NCBI GenBank assembly: GCA_965287045.1
Contig: OZ336871.1
Span: 68,138,001-68,202,000, forward strand
Source: Carcharhinus amblyrhynchos
Taxonomy: Eukaryota
DNA: 64,000 nucleotides
Direction of reading: 5' to 3'
Below the pieces are notes generated by a model, which searched no databases, was not told the origin of the DNA, and was given only the letters and a program-made list of their open reading frames with translations. Numbering within the stretch: position 1 is the first letter of the stretch; each line of letters starts with the position of its first letter. Positions 12,005 to 25,217 of the stretch are shown here, one piece after another. The position numbers were made by a program, and so were the translations under genes.

Positions 12005-13779
12005 TGCGGTGGGCGACGAGCTATCACCAAGTATTCTTAATGATTAAAAATGTTCTCGAATGGAAAAGTTATGGTGTTCTTAAAGTGTGTATAGCAACAA
12101 AAAAACTATTGTTTAAATATATATTATCCAGTCAAGTTGGAAATGTATAAATAAATACTGTTAATAAATTAAACTGCATTATAAGTGCAAATACGTGTTA
12201 CCTATACAGCGTGTGTTTATGTATATCTGTGTTTATGTGTATAAAACTGATTCCATTCTCCTAATGCACCAAGGATTATTTTATTTGATTGAAACGAAGC
12301 CGTTACACAGGAGAAGTTCAATGCCCCTGGTGAACAATTACTACTGGTCATTTAGGAATACTGACAACGATTAATGGCATACCATATAGGCAACTTTAAA
12401 CGGCACCAGCTCACATTAAGCCGTTTTATGTGCTGTTCTTGGACGCTTTTCCTCTTTTTCTCTCACCAGGTAATGTTTATGTTGCGTTTGGGCCTCACAG
12501 TTTGACTGTTGCTCGGGGATCCCGCTGTGTCTGGAACTTTGCACGAAAACTCCTTGTCCCTGAAGAAATAAAGTTGATGTATCCGGCTGGGGATTTCAAG
12601 GAAAGCATTCAATGATTTTTCTTGTTGATGTTGTTGTTGCACTGCACAGGTATCCTTTCTGTATTTTAAATGGACATTATTTCGGGCCTAGCGTTTTGAA
12701 TCCACGGTGAAATAGATAATCAAATGCTGTCAACTGTTAGATTGTAATCATGTCTGCCCCTGTTTGATGTTATCTCTCCATTTGCTCTGACGAGCTCTTT
12801 TCGCCAATTCATCTTCTCGTTTCATTCATTCAGCAACGAAGCCATTTAATTTGATTCTTGTTGCGATTAATTGCACTTTACCGTTCTTTGCCTTTTTGTC
12901 AATTTATTTGTTTCCATTTTGCTTTTCAAGTTATGCGGGTCCTTATTAGACGTCCACGCAAGGCAGCAGAAACAATCGCCTCACCCTTGGGATAGATGTT
13001 TTACACTCGTGCAAGCTCGTGTCCCAATGTGCAGGACGTTTGACCTGAAGTGAGAAGCCACCCTTTCGAGGGAAAGAGTGTGTTTTGTAGGTGGAATATC
13101 TTTTTTGTTAAAAAAAACCCAAAGTACAAAAAAAATTCCTTTACAGAAAAAGGGCGGGTGAATTGTGTGTTTCCTTCTTAATTCATTGCCAAGAATTACA
13201 TGGAATATGTTATTGATACCAATATAGTGGTTGGCGGGGACGCGATAATCGTCAATGAATTAATAAAGATGGTAGAAGATGGAACAAACTATTGAGGATC
13301 TGAATTAATCTTTTATTGTATAAACCGCCAAACACGTTTCGGATCATCTTCATATCACTTTTCGGCCAAGCTTGTAGATACTTTTGCCCTAAATACGTGT
13401 GTTTTTTTGAAGTTATCAACATATGTGCAGCAATCCCGCTGGGAATGGTTTTTATCTGCCTTACACATAATTTATATATGTATAAAGAAAATGCACATCA
13501 TGCCATAAACCCACTCCAAAACAAATCAATTCACTAAAAGCAACAGGAATGAGCAATCGAGAGGTTCTGAGCATATCTGAACTGAAGCCACTAACATAAT
13601 CATTCGTTAAATTGATAAGCAAATGTCAAGTGTTTTCCCTTTTTAAAGAATATTCTGTATGGAAGGATGACGCCAGCAGTCGCTATAGAAGGCTGTGTTT
13701 AAAATATTTGCTGCAGTGAATCTGTTAACTGACGGTCTTTGCAACAAGGCTCCACCTCATTTGGTGATGAAAATTCATA

Positions 13780-13835
13780 ATAGCCAATCAGGTCCATCTT
13801 CCAAAAGATCCAGGCACCCAGAGCTATATTACCCC
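13780..13835 (+). promoter_or_regulatory. Putative twist1 core promoter (CCAAT box plus TATA-like element)
   Basis: AGCCAATCA with CCAAT at 13784-13788 and TATATTA at 13825-13831. No ATG between ~13850 and the start codon at 14000. Confidence 0.55.
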
Positions 13836-13999
13836 TTTGAAAAGTTTCCTGTAATTCAGAGCCGTCTCTCAGAAGTCATCGTTTGGATAAGTTCAGCTGC
13901 TTTTGATAATTCATTTGATTTAAGTCGACCCCTGTAACCGCGCTGCGGCTGTCAGCTGCTGGATATCCCAATATTACACCCTTTCGTTTCTTTAAACCG

Positions 14000-14500
14000 A
14001 TGTTAGAAGTCATCATGCAGGACGAAGAAAACTCCCCAGTCTCTCCAGTAGAGAGCCTGAGCAACAGTGAGGACGAAGGAGACAGGCAGCTGAAGAAAAG
14101 TGTCAGAAAGAGGCGACCGAGCAGGAAATCTGGAGAGGAAACGGACAGCCCCGCGTCAGTCAAAAGGGGCAAGAAGAGAGACGGCAGCCCCCAGTCCTTC
14201 GAAGAACTGCAAACCCAGAGGGTCATGGCCAATGTAAGGGAGCGCCAGAGGACACAATCCCTCAACGAAGCCTTCTCAGCCCTGCGCAAAATCATTCCCA
14301 CCCTACCGTCGGACAAACTGAGCAAAATCCAGACCCTCAAGCTCGCGGCGAGGTACATAGATTTCCTTTACCAGGTCTTACAAAGTGACGAGCTGGACAA
14401 CAAAATGTCGAGCTGCAGTTATGTGGCGCACGAGAGACTCAGTTACGCTTTCTCTGTGTGGAGGATGGAGGGAGCCTGGTCCATGTCCACATCACATTAG
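14000..14500 (+). CDS. twist1: Twist-related protein 1 (bHLH transcription factor), complete single coding exon, 166 aa
   Basis: b[23 protein letters not shown]...[11 protein letters not shown]; C-terminal Twist/WR box [16 protein letters not shown]; N-terminal [13 protein letters not shown]; NLS-like RKRR and KRGKK. TQRVMAN/DELD residues, a recalled TWIST1-type 3'UTR end and the adjacent hdac9 favour twist1 over twist2. Confidence 0.96.
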   Translation: MLEVIMQDEENSPVSPVESLSNSEDEGDRQLKKSVRKRRPSRKSGEETDSPASVKRGKKRDGSPQSFEELQTQRVMANVRERQRTQSLNEAFSALRKIIPTLPSDKLSKIQTLKLAARYIDFLYQVLQSDELDNKMSSCSYVAHERLSYAFSVWRMEGAWSMSTSH

Positions 14501-14520
14501 CAACCACCCTTAGGACAAAG

Positions 14521-15227
14521 GTAAGCATCAGATTGGCACACTTATTAAATGTGCTTCACCAAAACAAAAGACGTTTATTAACTGCTCAGGAAAGGGGAGG
14601 CGGTTCTTCACGTCCCCTGTGTGTCCAGGTTGGAAATATTTTGACTAAAATGACAATTCAGCGGAACATTTAATCCAAATGCAACTATTTTTAGCATGTT
14701 TGTAGATTTATTTTGGAAACGGTGTTTGCTGTTTCTCCTTCTTGCTGGTTTATTTTTGTTTTTTTAAAATCCAGGTTTCCACTTCCTCCTTCATCTTGCT
14801 TTTTTTTCTGGGGTCTGTTCCTTATTTCCTTCTCTGCCCCCGCCCCCCACACCCGCTTCCCCACTCAGACACATGTATCTCCATTTCTCATCAGGAACGA
14901 TTCCCTTCACTTCTTCACTCCTCCTAACTCCATCTGCCACTGTAAAAATTCAACAACTTTCACTTTCTGACCTTTCTAGAAGGCAGTTTCCAAACCCATG
15001 GTCCAAAACCATCACTGGGCGCAGGTATTAGTTCCAGAACGCTAAATAGGCTTTTAAAAAAGTATACCCAATCCACAATTGCGGGATGCAACACTTTACC
15101 TAAATTGAGGTCTTCCACATCTCCCGCAAACACCACCTCCACCCTCACTCCCCTGACAAATAGAGGTGCCAAAAGCAGTGGTCCCTTGGCTCGCTAATCT
15201 CAGTGTAATCCATTGCTGTTTTCCTAG
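14521..15227 (+). other. twist1: twist1 intron located in the 3'UTR
   Basis: Donor AAG|GTAAGC 20 nt after the stop codon; branch-like GCTAATC at 15193-15199; acceptor TGTTTTCCTAG|G. Matches the known two-exon TWIST1 architecture. Confidence 0.8.
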
Positions 15228-15840
15228 GTGAAAAAGATTTGTCACAAAAGGGCCAACGGCTGGACAGACAACAGAGTTTGACGTCTGGATACTTAAACAC
15301 GTTGATCTTTGCCACTGATGGATCATAAGAGGAAAGTTTTTTTTAAAAAAACACTAATGGAAAGGGCGTGGGAAGCACTTACAGAAATGGAGCCCTGGAC
15401 GTGGACCCATCCAATCGTGCGGCAATACAATCATTTGTACATCTGAGGTGTATTTTGCCATTCGCATCATTTTATCCAGACGATGAATGTTGTTGGAACT
15501 CATTCCTCCTTTACTATGCATGCCTTCAACAATCATGTCTATATCTGCTATTGAGGACGCAGGAAAGATGATTTATTTTATTTTCTTTTTTTCCCAAAAC
15601 TACTACCATGACCTGGTCTAGAGTGCCGATAAGTTTTAGAAAATGGACCGAACTGTTCTTGCAAAAAAAAATCCAGTTGGTTAGTCTTTCCTCTCTTGAA
15701 AAAAAACATTTATTTATTTATTAATGTGCCATGTCTCAATGCATAAAGATCTGGTGTCTAAATGCATTCATATTTTTTGATTGTTTTGTAAATATCTATG
15801 TATATTTTCTGCAATAAATACCTATGATCTAAACTTTAAG
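15228..15840 (+). other. twist1: twist1 exon 2 (non-coding 3'UTR)
   Basis: Follows the acceptor and ends in a block closely resembling the recalled human TWIST1 3' end (GATCTGGTGTCTAAATGCATTCATATTTTT...TTGTTTTGTAAATATCT.TGTATATTTTCTGCAATAAA). Confidence 0.8.
15813..15818 (+). terminator. twist1 polyadenylation signal AATAAA
   Basis: Canonical hexamer at the end of the conserved 3'UTR block. Confidence 0.85.
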
Positions 15841-18800
15841 GCAAAATTATATACACATACGGCTATTTTACGGTTTAATCCGGTTGTTACTTAAGGGGTA
15901 AACTTGATGATGAATAGCTGTTTGTAGTAAGTTGTAACGGCCCCCAGGGGAGAGTGGAATCTAACAAACAAACGGTGCACAAAAGACAAATAGAACCGCT
16001 ACTGACAGACAAAGACGAGTGAGCTAGAATGAGAGGGAGAAAGGGTGAACACCGTCAAACACGGGCAGATTATTGACCTTTTAACAGGCTATAATTAAAA
16101 GCATGCACAGCAATGTTATGTTGCTTTCAAGACCTGGATTCATGTCAATACTGCAGTATTTGCTTAGCCATAACTCCGGGCTGCGAAATGAAGACCAAAA
16201 GAGCGATTCGCGCCCCACCATTTGTCGATTAACTAGTTTGTGAATTCAGAAGGTATTTGCGAATTAAAGCTATATTTCACAGACTGATATTAATATTGTG
16301 CATGGACTATGGAACATAAACATCTTAAAACACGTGACATAATAACTTCTTTGGAAGGGAGTTAGGTGCAGAATTTAAGGAACCAAGTAGAGTATTTATG
16401 AAAGCACGATATAGGTTATTCTATCTAATTCCTTGGAACGAATTGTATAGTGCGAATATTTTTTACACTATCCAAAATGCAGATTAAAAAAGAATACCTT
16501 ATTTATTTCGCTGGTAATGAAATAAGATGTTTATGTGCTTCAGATGTATAATCTAAACAGCGTGTTTAAAACATTTGTCTCTCATTATGTTAAGCTGCAC
16601 ACATATATATGGCAGTTTTAAATCCTTCATATTCAAGCTGAACGGTTCGCGCAGTGGAAGGGTAGATCTGTACAAAGGCGGAAAGGTTTGGCTTTGTGAA
16701 GGGTTATTCCAAATGGTGTAATCTAACAAAACCCTAAGCTTAACAGACCAGCAAGTCATGGGGGCAGGCTCTTTGCTACTTCCTTACAGCTCTCGATTTT
16801 TCCAATAAAGAGTATGCCAATGGTAATACATAGTAGAAATGTTTTTGTAACGTTACTCTTGCGCTAGATATTACCACACAGGGTGATAGCCTTATTTGCT
16901 TTCTAATTGATGGATTGGCTGCCGAAGAATTTCATTATTTTACAGCATTCGTTCTTGGGTGTTTTGATATCAAAAGGGTTCAATTTGTTGCTCATTTTTC
17001 GCTTAAAGGGGTGTTCGTTTTCATTCGTTACCATGAAAATACGTATGGTTACCCGAATCGAGCAATTCTTTTTCGGTTCGATTCGGTGACAGCAAGGTTC
17101 AAATAGTTTGGTATTAAATGTTACATCTATAGGATAATGTATGTGCATTGCTTGTAAAGGGAGAAAGCAATGAATTAGGATCAAGTGGAGATTAAAGTAG
17201 TAGGTCTGAGTTATTGTGGATACAGTAATTCCCACATTCCTGTCGATCCTGGGAATGTGAGTTCCACAGCTCGATTTTATATGGCTTCGGCATCAATTGC
17301 TGTTCGTCTGTCTTTGACATTTCATCACACATCAAAGACCTGTCCAGAGATCTACATTCCGTCACACTTTTAAAACTACACTGAATCCTCCACCCTCCCC
17401 CGTGTGTAGGCCCAAAGTCTGATTTTCAACCCCTCTCAAAAAAACTGCCCAAAATATAACCCGCATTAAATCTCTGTCAACTCAGCACCCCCCCAAAAAA
17501 TGTACAATATGGATTGTGTTAGTGTTCATTTCAGAAAACAATTTTAAACGGCTACATTATACCGAAGGTAGATTTTATCTTCAACCGTTTTAAATAAGTA
17601 AAGGGGACATTTGATGATAGCATGTACCGCTCCACACCGCCCCCCCCCCACCCCCATCCCCAACATTGGACATTAAGTTGCACTGCATTGAACAAGGGTC
17701 ACAGAGAATTCCATATCTAGGCCTGCACAGGCTTCATTCAAAGCCTCAGAACCAGACCTCCACCACGGTTTTATTTCCTCAGAAACGTTTTAAAATCCTC
17801 ACGGATCCTCTTAAAAGTCAGCGGTCGAGGAAGTGGTGGTGGTTGGGGGGACGGGGCACGGGGGGGGGGGGGCGTGGGTGGGCTAGGGGGGTAGGGGGGT
17901 AGGGGGTGGTCTGGGCTTATCAAAATAAAAGCCAAATAATTAAAAAAAGGCTCGAAGCCTTATTTAGGAAACGAAAAGCCAATGTTTAAGCAAGGTTTTT
18001 TTTCACAAAAATGAGTGCAAGACAGTTTACAATTGAAAGTGTTATGCGTTGCTTGAAATATGAATTGCCACAGCTCTAGGTTAGAGGACGGTGGTTGTGT
18101 GGCATTTGTGGCTGCATTAATAATTCCATCCAACCCCGTTGTATACTGCATGACTTAGTATCCCTATAGATAACTCTTCAAAATTTGGATTGCATGCAAA
18201 GCCTTCCTCGGTAGTTTTTTTTTGGAGCTGTTTCTTTTAAATCCCCGTGTGATGTAATTTGTGTGTCCTGCCAAAGGAAGTTGCAGCTTTGTATTGTGGA
18301 GTAACATGTTCCAGTCATTATTTTGATAACTCTCTAGCTGAACAGTATTCGAATGGAGTATCCACATTATTGAAAAGCTCCTCCGCCCTTGCTTTCCCCC
18401 GAGGGCGAATCCATGACTTGTAGCATTTTAAATGATTCACCAAATAACTTCGACTTACAGAAATGACGAACAAACAGTTTTTGAAAAGTTGGAGTTTGCA
18501 CTTCTATTCGATCATCTGGTTAAATTGTGTCCGCGCCAAAAGCGAGCAGGATAGAGTCTACTCACTGAAGAGCTGCCCCGCCGGAATAACAGCGAGTTGT
18601 ATAACGCTCCACGTGGATGGACGTTGTTGGGTCTAGATCAGTACTATCGCTCAGGATATTACTAAAACTGTTCCTGAGAGCGTTGTTCGGCGATGACAGA
18701 ACCCTGCTGCTTTGTGGTGATCAATAAGGGTGACAACACCGCGGGGCTATGCAGCAAAAGGCTGTCAAGCCATCTTCTGTCAATGTTATTGCAATAACCT

Positions 18801-21800
18801 TCTATCTAGAAGGCAAATTATGTTATAAACCGTGAGTTGGAGTGTTAGTAAAGGCAAGTTTTTTTAACAAAATAAGTTGTGGTGTTCTGTAAGCTCTCGG
18901 CTTTGGCACATATTCTGACCTTGTACAGTATCGAATTCTTCCAAGGCTCATGATTTCACTTGAAGTGCTGCCCAGGAATCCTCTGTAGTGACCGTTTGTC
19001 CCAATAAAGTGATGTAAGATTTTTTATTCTTTCATTCCATCTCATAAACAACTTAGACACAATGTTTACCAAGGTGGGTAGGAAGTAATGGAGAGGAGTG
19101 TGTTGGGGGGGGGGGGGGTGAAAAAAGAGGGGGGAAGCATAACATTGGAGTGCTCGTTATACATTTGTAAATAGCATTCTTCACTTTGGGGGTTGTACGC
19201 AGAGGATATAGAGCCACTGAGGATTAATGTTAAAGGTTAACGTCTGCCCCCCACCCCCCCCCCCAACAATCCACAACCTACAAATACAGGTACAAAATAA
19301 ACTTAATTTCTCACGGCGCTGAGATGTTGCTACTCTATAATATTAGCTGCCCTTAATGCGACTTTGAAAATTAAAATGAAGCATGTGCAGGTGTTCGATT
19401 CGAGTTTCAAGTCATCCCAGAAGTCCATACAACCAGTAAATAAGCAGACAGCAGGAGGTCGATTTCAAATATTTCCCTACGAATAGAATTTCCAACTCGC
19501 TTCGTAAAAAAAAAGCTCGTGAAGGAGCTCCATGATTTATGGAGTGACACCCGTCTAGCATGGTTTTCTAATGACTAATTTATCATAGCGTAGCCTAATA
19601 TTGAATGAACATTTATCAGTGCCAAATTCCGTTCAAACAGGAAAGATCATTGGGTGAGGTAGTTTTGGAATAAGTGAAGAGTAACTCAAGTCATGAGATA
19701 GCCGGTAGATGACATGCATACCTGCTTCCAGGTTTGTCCTAACTGGATGAAGAACTTGTGTCTGTGTGGAGTTATTTGATCAGTTCACCTCTTCCTAGTG
19801 AAACTTTGTGTGTTCACAAAGTTGAGGGGACGTCAACCCTGATCTTAATGGGCATCCTTTCGATTCCACACCCTGCTTTAAATCGGCTGGGAACTGCTTG
19901 CCTCCTTGTTCATCAAGCCGTACGGCTGTAGGGACGGGTTAGGAGGATGCCATTTGCACAATCCGTCGCTCTTTAGCATTTATTTTAAATAGCGTTTACC
20001 ACCTGCAAACGTAGCGAGTTGAAATATTTTCCAGCGCCACATTTCGGACACGAATCCAGAAAATTAGGAAAAGTGGCTGTATCATCCCAACATGTTGGTC
20101 GATGGAATCTATCTGAACGGGGTTAAGCAGGTGTAAGATATGTCACGTGCAGCGGAGTCCAGATGTGCAGGTTTGCAAACACCACGCCTTTCCAACACAC
20201 TTTGCACACAAAATGGATTGAGATGGGACGATAATTCATTGGACAGAAATCAAGGAGAGAAAATGTGAGTTTTATTTCATCGAGTGCCGGTGGCATTAGT
20301 GCGGCCAGGTCGTATTTTCTTTTCTCTCTCTTTGCTAGAGATGGAGGCTGTTTGATCCTTGGGAAAAGTATCGGATTCGGTGCCAGAAGGCTGAGACTAA
20401 TCGATTGCTGTTTGATGGGGTTTGAGGATGATAAGACGAGAGGGAGCATCATGAAGCAGGAATGCCAGCCCTGACAGCCACACCAGCCACAAGATGCATG
20501 GATGATATGAAAGAGACAGCGGTACGCTTTATCACTGTAGCCAACAGAACCCACAACTCCAAAGGCCCGTTTGATTCACGTGCCGTGAGCAATATTTATA
20601 AGGATTACGGTCTTTGATTTTATTTTCTAATTAAATATATTCAAACCCGTGCTCCAGATTCATAACTGCTCTCCCACATAGTTTGCAGTAAATGCCATAG
20701 GTTCACATGCACCATAAGTTTATATTGCCAAATTTTGATAAGCAGAAAATAAACACAACGAATGATGATCAGCTGTAAAGGGATATTGCTTCCTCTGGTA
20801 AATACAGTTCATTGTTAACTATTGTAAATATCCCACCCAACGCTCCAAAACGAATATTATTTCATTAAGGCTCATTAGTCAGTATGTACATACTCTCCGA
20901 GTGGAAGAACTTCTCTTAATGGTACTTGTGCGAGGGGAGTTCTTTTTACGGCATTTAATTCCCCCACCCTCGCCGAATGCTTCATATTTTTCGTACGGAT
21001 TTGAATGAAGTGTACCTACTTGTACATTTTGCATTTCATTTGATAAGCGAAGGGTTTACGGGTTTGCGTTGTTAAGGAAATAGCGTTGTTTAATGAGAGA
21101 CGCAGATTGCTGAACCCGCGCCCCCCCCCCGTCCCCCCTCCCCCACCACTCTTTCTCATTTTCCTGGCACATTCTGATTTGTCGGAGTTTCTGATGTGGG
21201 ACTTCGAAGCCACGTTGTTAATATAGCCAAATGCATTAGAAAAATAACCGGGCACAAGCAAAACAGTAGAAATATGCTAATTCTGTACTTGTACAAAAAA
21301 CGTATATGAATTAATTTGACGTTTATGTACAATAAGGAATATCTATACATCAACTCTCTGTAAGCTTCGAGAGCGCGAGATTTCTCCCATCGCCCCAAGT
21401 ATCATTTCCCATCCTGCTTCTATATAAGGTTGGCAGTTTTCTTGTAAATTAAAACCCGCCCTATTCAAAATTCACAGCCCTAAATGTTGCTCTGGTATTG
21501 AAATTTGGCAAATGCTCAAGACTGCTCGGTGAATTTGCACAAATGTTCCCTGTGAGGATTCACTTTCTAATTCTCTTTTTTTAGATGAATGCAACCCACT
21601 AGTGTGCGGCATATCTAACTTGTGTTTATTTAAGGAGGCGGTATTCTTTGCGTCGTCATGTGAAATCTCTGGCACTGTTTCACTGGCAGTCTTCTTATGC
21701 TCTCATGTAAAACACAAACATGAAAAAGGACGCTTTAAAGGTGTGGTATTGTAAAGCCGCTTGATTGATCTAACCCGCCTTCTTTAATGAGAGAGAGAGA

Positions 21801-24529
21801 GGAAAAGGAATATTCTCTTAGAAATATGGAAACTTCTTCGCTAGCCTCCCTAGCGGCCAAACAGACTCCATCAATTCCATATTTTAACACCCACTCACTT
21901 TCACATCAAGATGATAAAACCGCCCAAAGATTTTGACCCAGAAACCCATGGGGACGCCCCTGTCCCACTCCCATTTTATTTAAATGACAAAAACTAGGTG
22001 ATGAATTATGATCAGGATTTATTAAAATATATCTTACTGAGGATTTTTTTTGGTGGGGAGGGGCATAAGTGGTGTTCCCTTTCTTAAATCGCCGCGAATC
22101 GAAGATAGAATTTAGATGAACAAATACATTGAATGTGGATTAAAACCTGAGCATTAAACGGAGACAGGGTAAGCATGAGCATTAAGATACACGAACAATC
22201 CAGTTTCAATCAGGCCTTTGATGCTTTATCCCCACATTATTCTGAAAGTAAATCTAATAATGACTTCAATCTATTAGTTCCAAAAAGCTTTCAAGCAGAA
22301 ATGAAATCAAATCAGGCTGTGTCTGAATAAAACTGAAGCGCAATTGTGTATGTGCGGAATTACTTTCTGTCAGGCTCATGGGAGAGGCACCATTTCTCGA
22401 AACATTAGTTTAAGGTTTTCATGTGTGTTTTGTGATGATCAGTATCAACAAAACGCCCGCATGCCTATTACTCGCTGTGACAGCGCGGAATTAACGAATA
22501 CAGCAAGAATGCTGAAGGAGGTTTCTCTTCAGCGAACCTCCGAAATCACCGTGACACCTCAATTGTCCACATGTAAAACACGCGTGCCGGTGTTCCGACC
22601 AACTTTCAAACTGTTTGCATTGCACAATTTGCTCGATCATTAGATTGCCTTTTACTTAATGTCATCACAAGTGCGGCAGCAGTCCATGTATTCATCCAGA
22701 AAACAAATGCGCTTCCCATAAACATGGAGCTGGCGATAAATAACAATGCGTGCCATGTAAACGGATAGAATAAACAGAAAAAAGACAGTGCCAATTGTGT
22801 TGACTCAGTAATTGGGGAGAAGGCAGGTTGGTTAAATGGCGCCTTCCCGTTTTGTCACAATGCAGTCTTATGGAAATGAAAGTTGTCCGCATGGGGTCAT
22901 GCAATCTTCTTCATCTATAGGACGATAATATAATCAAAGTGCAAGTTTCAGCACGATAAAAGGCCAACCGGACCGTAAAATGATGAGTTCTTCTCTTTTC
23001 GTTTGATGTCTGTTTTCTTCGCAAGCTGCTACAGTAGTGTGCTGCAATGTGTTGTTTCCACTCTCTGAAGTGAATGGCCAGGACAGATGGATTTAATAAT
23101 TCACAACTTAATTTATTATAAAACTGGATGCAAGGCTCTTTATAACCATGATGTGCGTGTTGAGCAGTAAATGGTAGTTCAGTTACTTTAATGCGTTTTC
23201 TAAGGCATGTAATATTCGTCCTCCTCCCGAGTAATAAAATTGAGTCGTCAGCAAGGTGTTACACTCACTTTGCATTTCCTCATCCTCACAGTTACCGTTT
23301 AATTCCCTGCTAAGTCCAAATGACTAAACTAAGGCAAATCGAGAGGTTTTCCAATTTGTTTTAGTTCAATCTGTGGAGGTGAACGTTAGAGATCTGATTG
23401 GTTTGAAAGCATTGATTTTCACTGTGCTGTCCGATCAAACCGGTCCGGGTGTAACTAGCACCGTGAGTTTATGGCTCAGATACACAGCCTTTGATCGTTC
23501 AGTGCCCCCCACCCCTCTCTGTTCTATATGGAAAGGCTCTCGAGACGCTCGTTTCATTTGGATTGCTGCAGGATGATTTATTGCAAACGTTTCTTTATTT
23601 GGCAGCACCAGATGTCAGACTTCAAATACTGCTATCTTCCACAGTTTAGCAGGAGAGATGGGTCTAATAGCCATGAAACCACTTCAGTGGCCTTGAAGGG
23701 ATTGGAAGGGTTAACATATGGTGTGTCTGCGCAGCTTCTTACCATTGCACGCTTAGGGCAGTACGAGTAACACACATTCCCTATGTATGCGCCACGCCGA
23801 AACAAAGCGAGGCCTGCAAAGTACTATCCTTTGCTGTTTATTATATACTAACACAACTCCAGTAGTATAAAAAACTGGTCAGATATGCAACATAAAATGA
23901 ATGTTGCATTGATGATGGCATTTCGTCATCTCGTCGACCTCACCCCCTACAACACTTCTCCCTCAAACTAAAACTGTTTATGGAGCGAGGCGTATCTATA
24001 ATTAAATCAGCAATCTATTTGGCCACATGGTGATGTACTTTAAGGTTATAATGGGTGACATACCTGTAATACGTAAATGCAACCTTTGACATGGATGTCG
24101 GAACTGAACATTTGTTTAACGAATACATTTTCCAATAAATAACAGGTCCACTACCCTGAGCATCATTAAATGGATACTTAGATTTTCCAGATGGGGACGG
24201 TGTTCAAATTATGTCATGTAGAGAATTCCATGACTGCAGCCTCCTCCACCTGGGACGGAGCAGGCACCAGTCAGTGCTAATTTCTGAGTTACTCGATTCT
24301 CCATCTGATCTGGTTAGTGTGCAACATCGCACAGAAACAAACAAGAGCCCACCTTGCAATTAAGTTGCAGTTATGCTGGATCTGCTGACCCAGGCGGTAT
24401 ATTCTGCGTAATATACTGTTACAGACCTGCTGCATTAAGTTTCGTTTCCTAGGCCACTCATTAGCAGAACGAGCAGAAAAGTGGCAGATACGAATTAATA
24501 CTGAGAAATGTGAAGTAATAGGGAAAATG

Positions 24530-24880
24530 ATGGCATGATAATAATGTCACCTGATTAATACTACCGATGTTCAGGCTAAAGCTCTGGGGCCAGGGATCCA
24601 AATCACCACGGCAGCTGGTGACGTTTAAATTCAATTAATAAATCTGGACAATAAAGCTAATCTCAGTAATAGTGACCATGAAACTGTAAAAAACTAGCCG
24701 AATCACAATTGTTTTTAGGTAGGGAAATCTGCCAACATGTCTGGCCAACATATAACTGACCACAGTTATATGTGGTTGACTGTCAATTGTACTCTGAAAT
24801 GGTCTAGCATCTCAGTTCAAGGGCAGTTAGGGGTGGGAATAATTGCACGTTGCCAGCGATGCTTACATCCCATGAAAGAA
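24530..24880 (+). mobile_element. SINE family B with an L2-like tail
   Basis: B-box-like GGATCCAAATC, body AGTAATAGTGACCATGAAAC...ATGTGGTTGACT, tail CCAGCGATGCTTACATCCCATGAA. Confidence 0.75.
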
Positions 24881-25217
24881 GTAACATTCTGGGACCAAAG
24901 CCAGGGATGCACACTCAAGGTTGAAGGGTATGAATGATCCAAGATCTGGAAGCTCAGATACCATACAGGTAATTCTGGAAATACAGGTAGATAAAGCTAT
25001 AGAGAGAGCATGGTCATACAAGGTAACAAAATCTAAAGTTGCATAAGGAGTGGTTAAGCTGTAGATAAAATATAATGTATAGTTTTCTTGCTCAGAATAG
25101 AAATTGCAGTAAAGCCATAGAAAATGGGCAGGATAAATGAATGGCCTTGGAAACAGTACTTTACAGTATTTTAAAATGATTAGAAAACAATAGTTATGAA
25201 GGAGATTAAGATGTCCA

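Noticed and set aside
1-13700. ferd3l, expected upstream of twist1 from mammalian synteny
   Set aside because: No second bHLH ORF seen on either strand in this window.
13876-14358. 160-aa antisense ORF over twist1
   Set aside because: Shadow of the twist1 coding strand; no recognisable domain or independent gene signals.
14000-14500. Assignment as twist2 or twist3
   Set aside because: TQRVMAN/DELD residues, the TWIST1-type 3'UTR end and an adjacent HDAC ending EPMEEEPAL favour twist1; twist2 is linked to hdac4.
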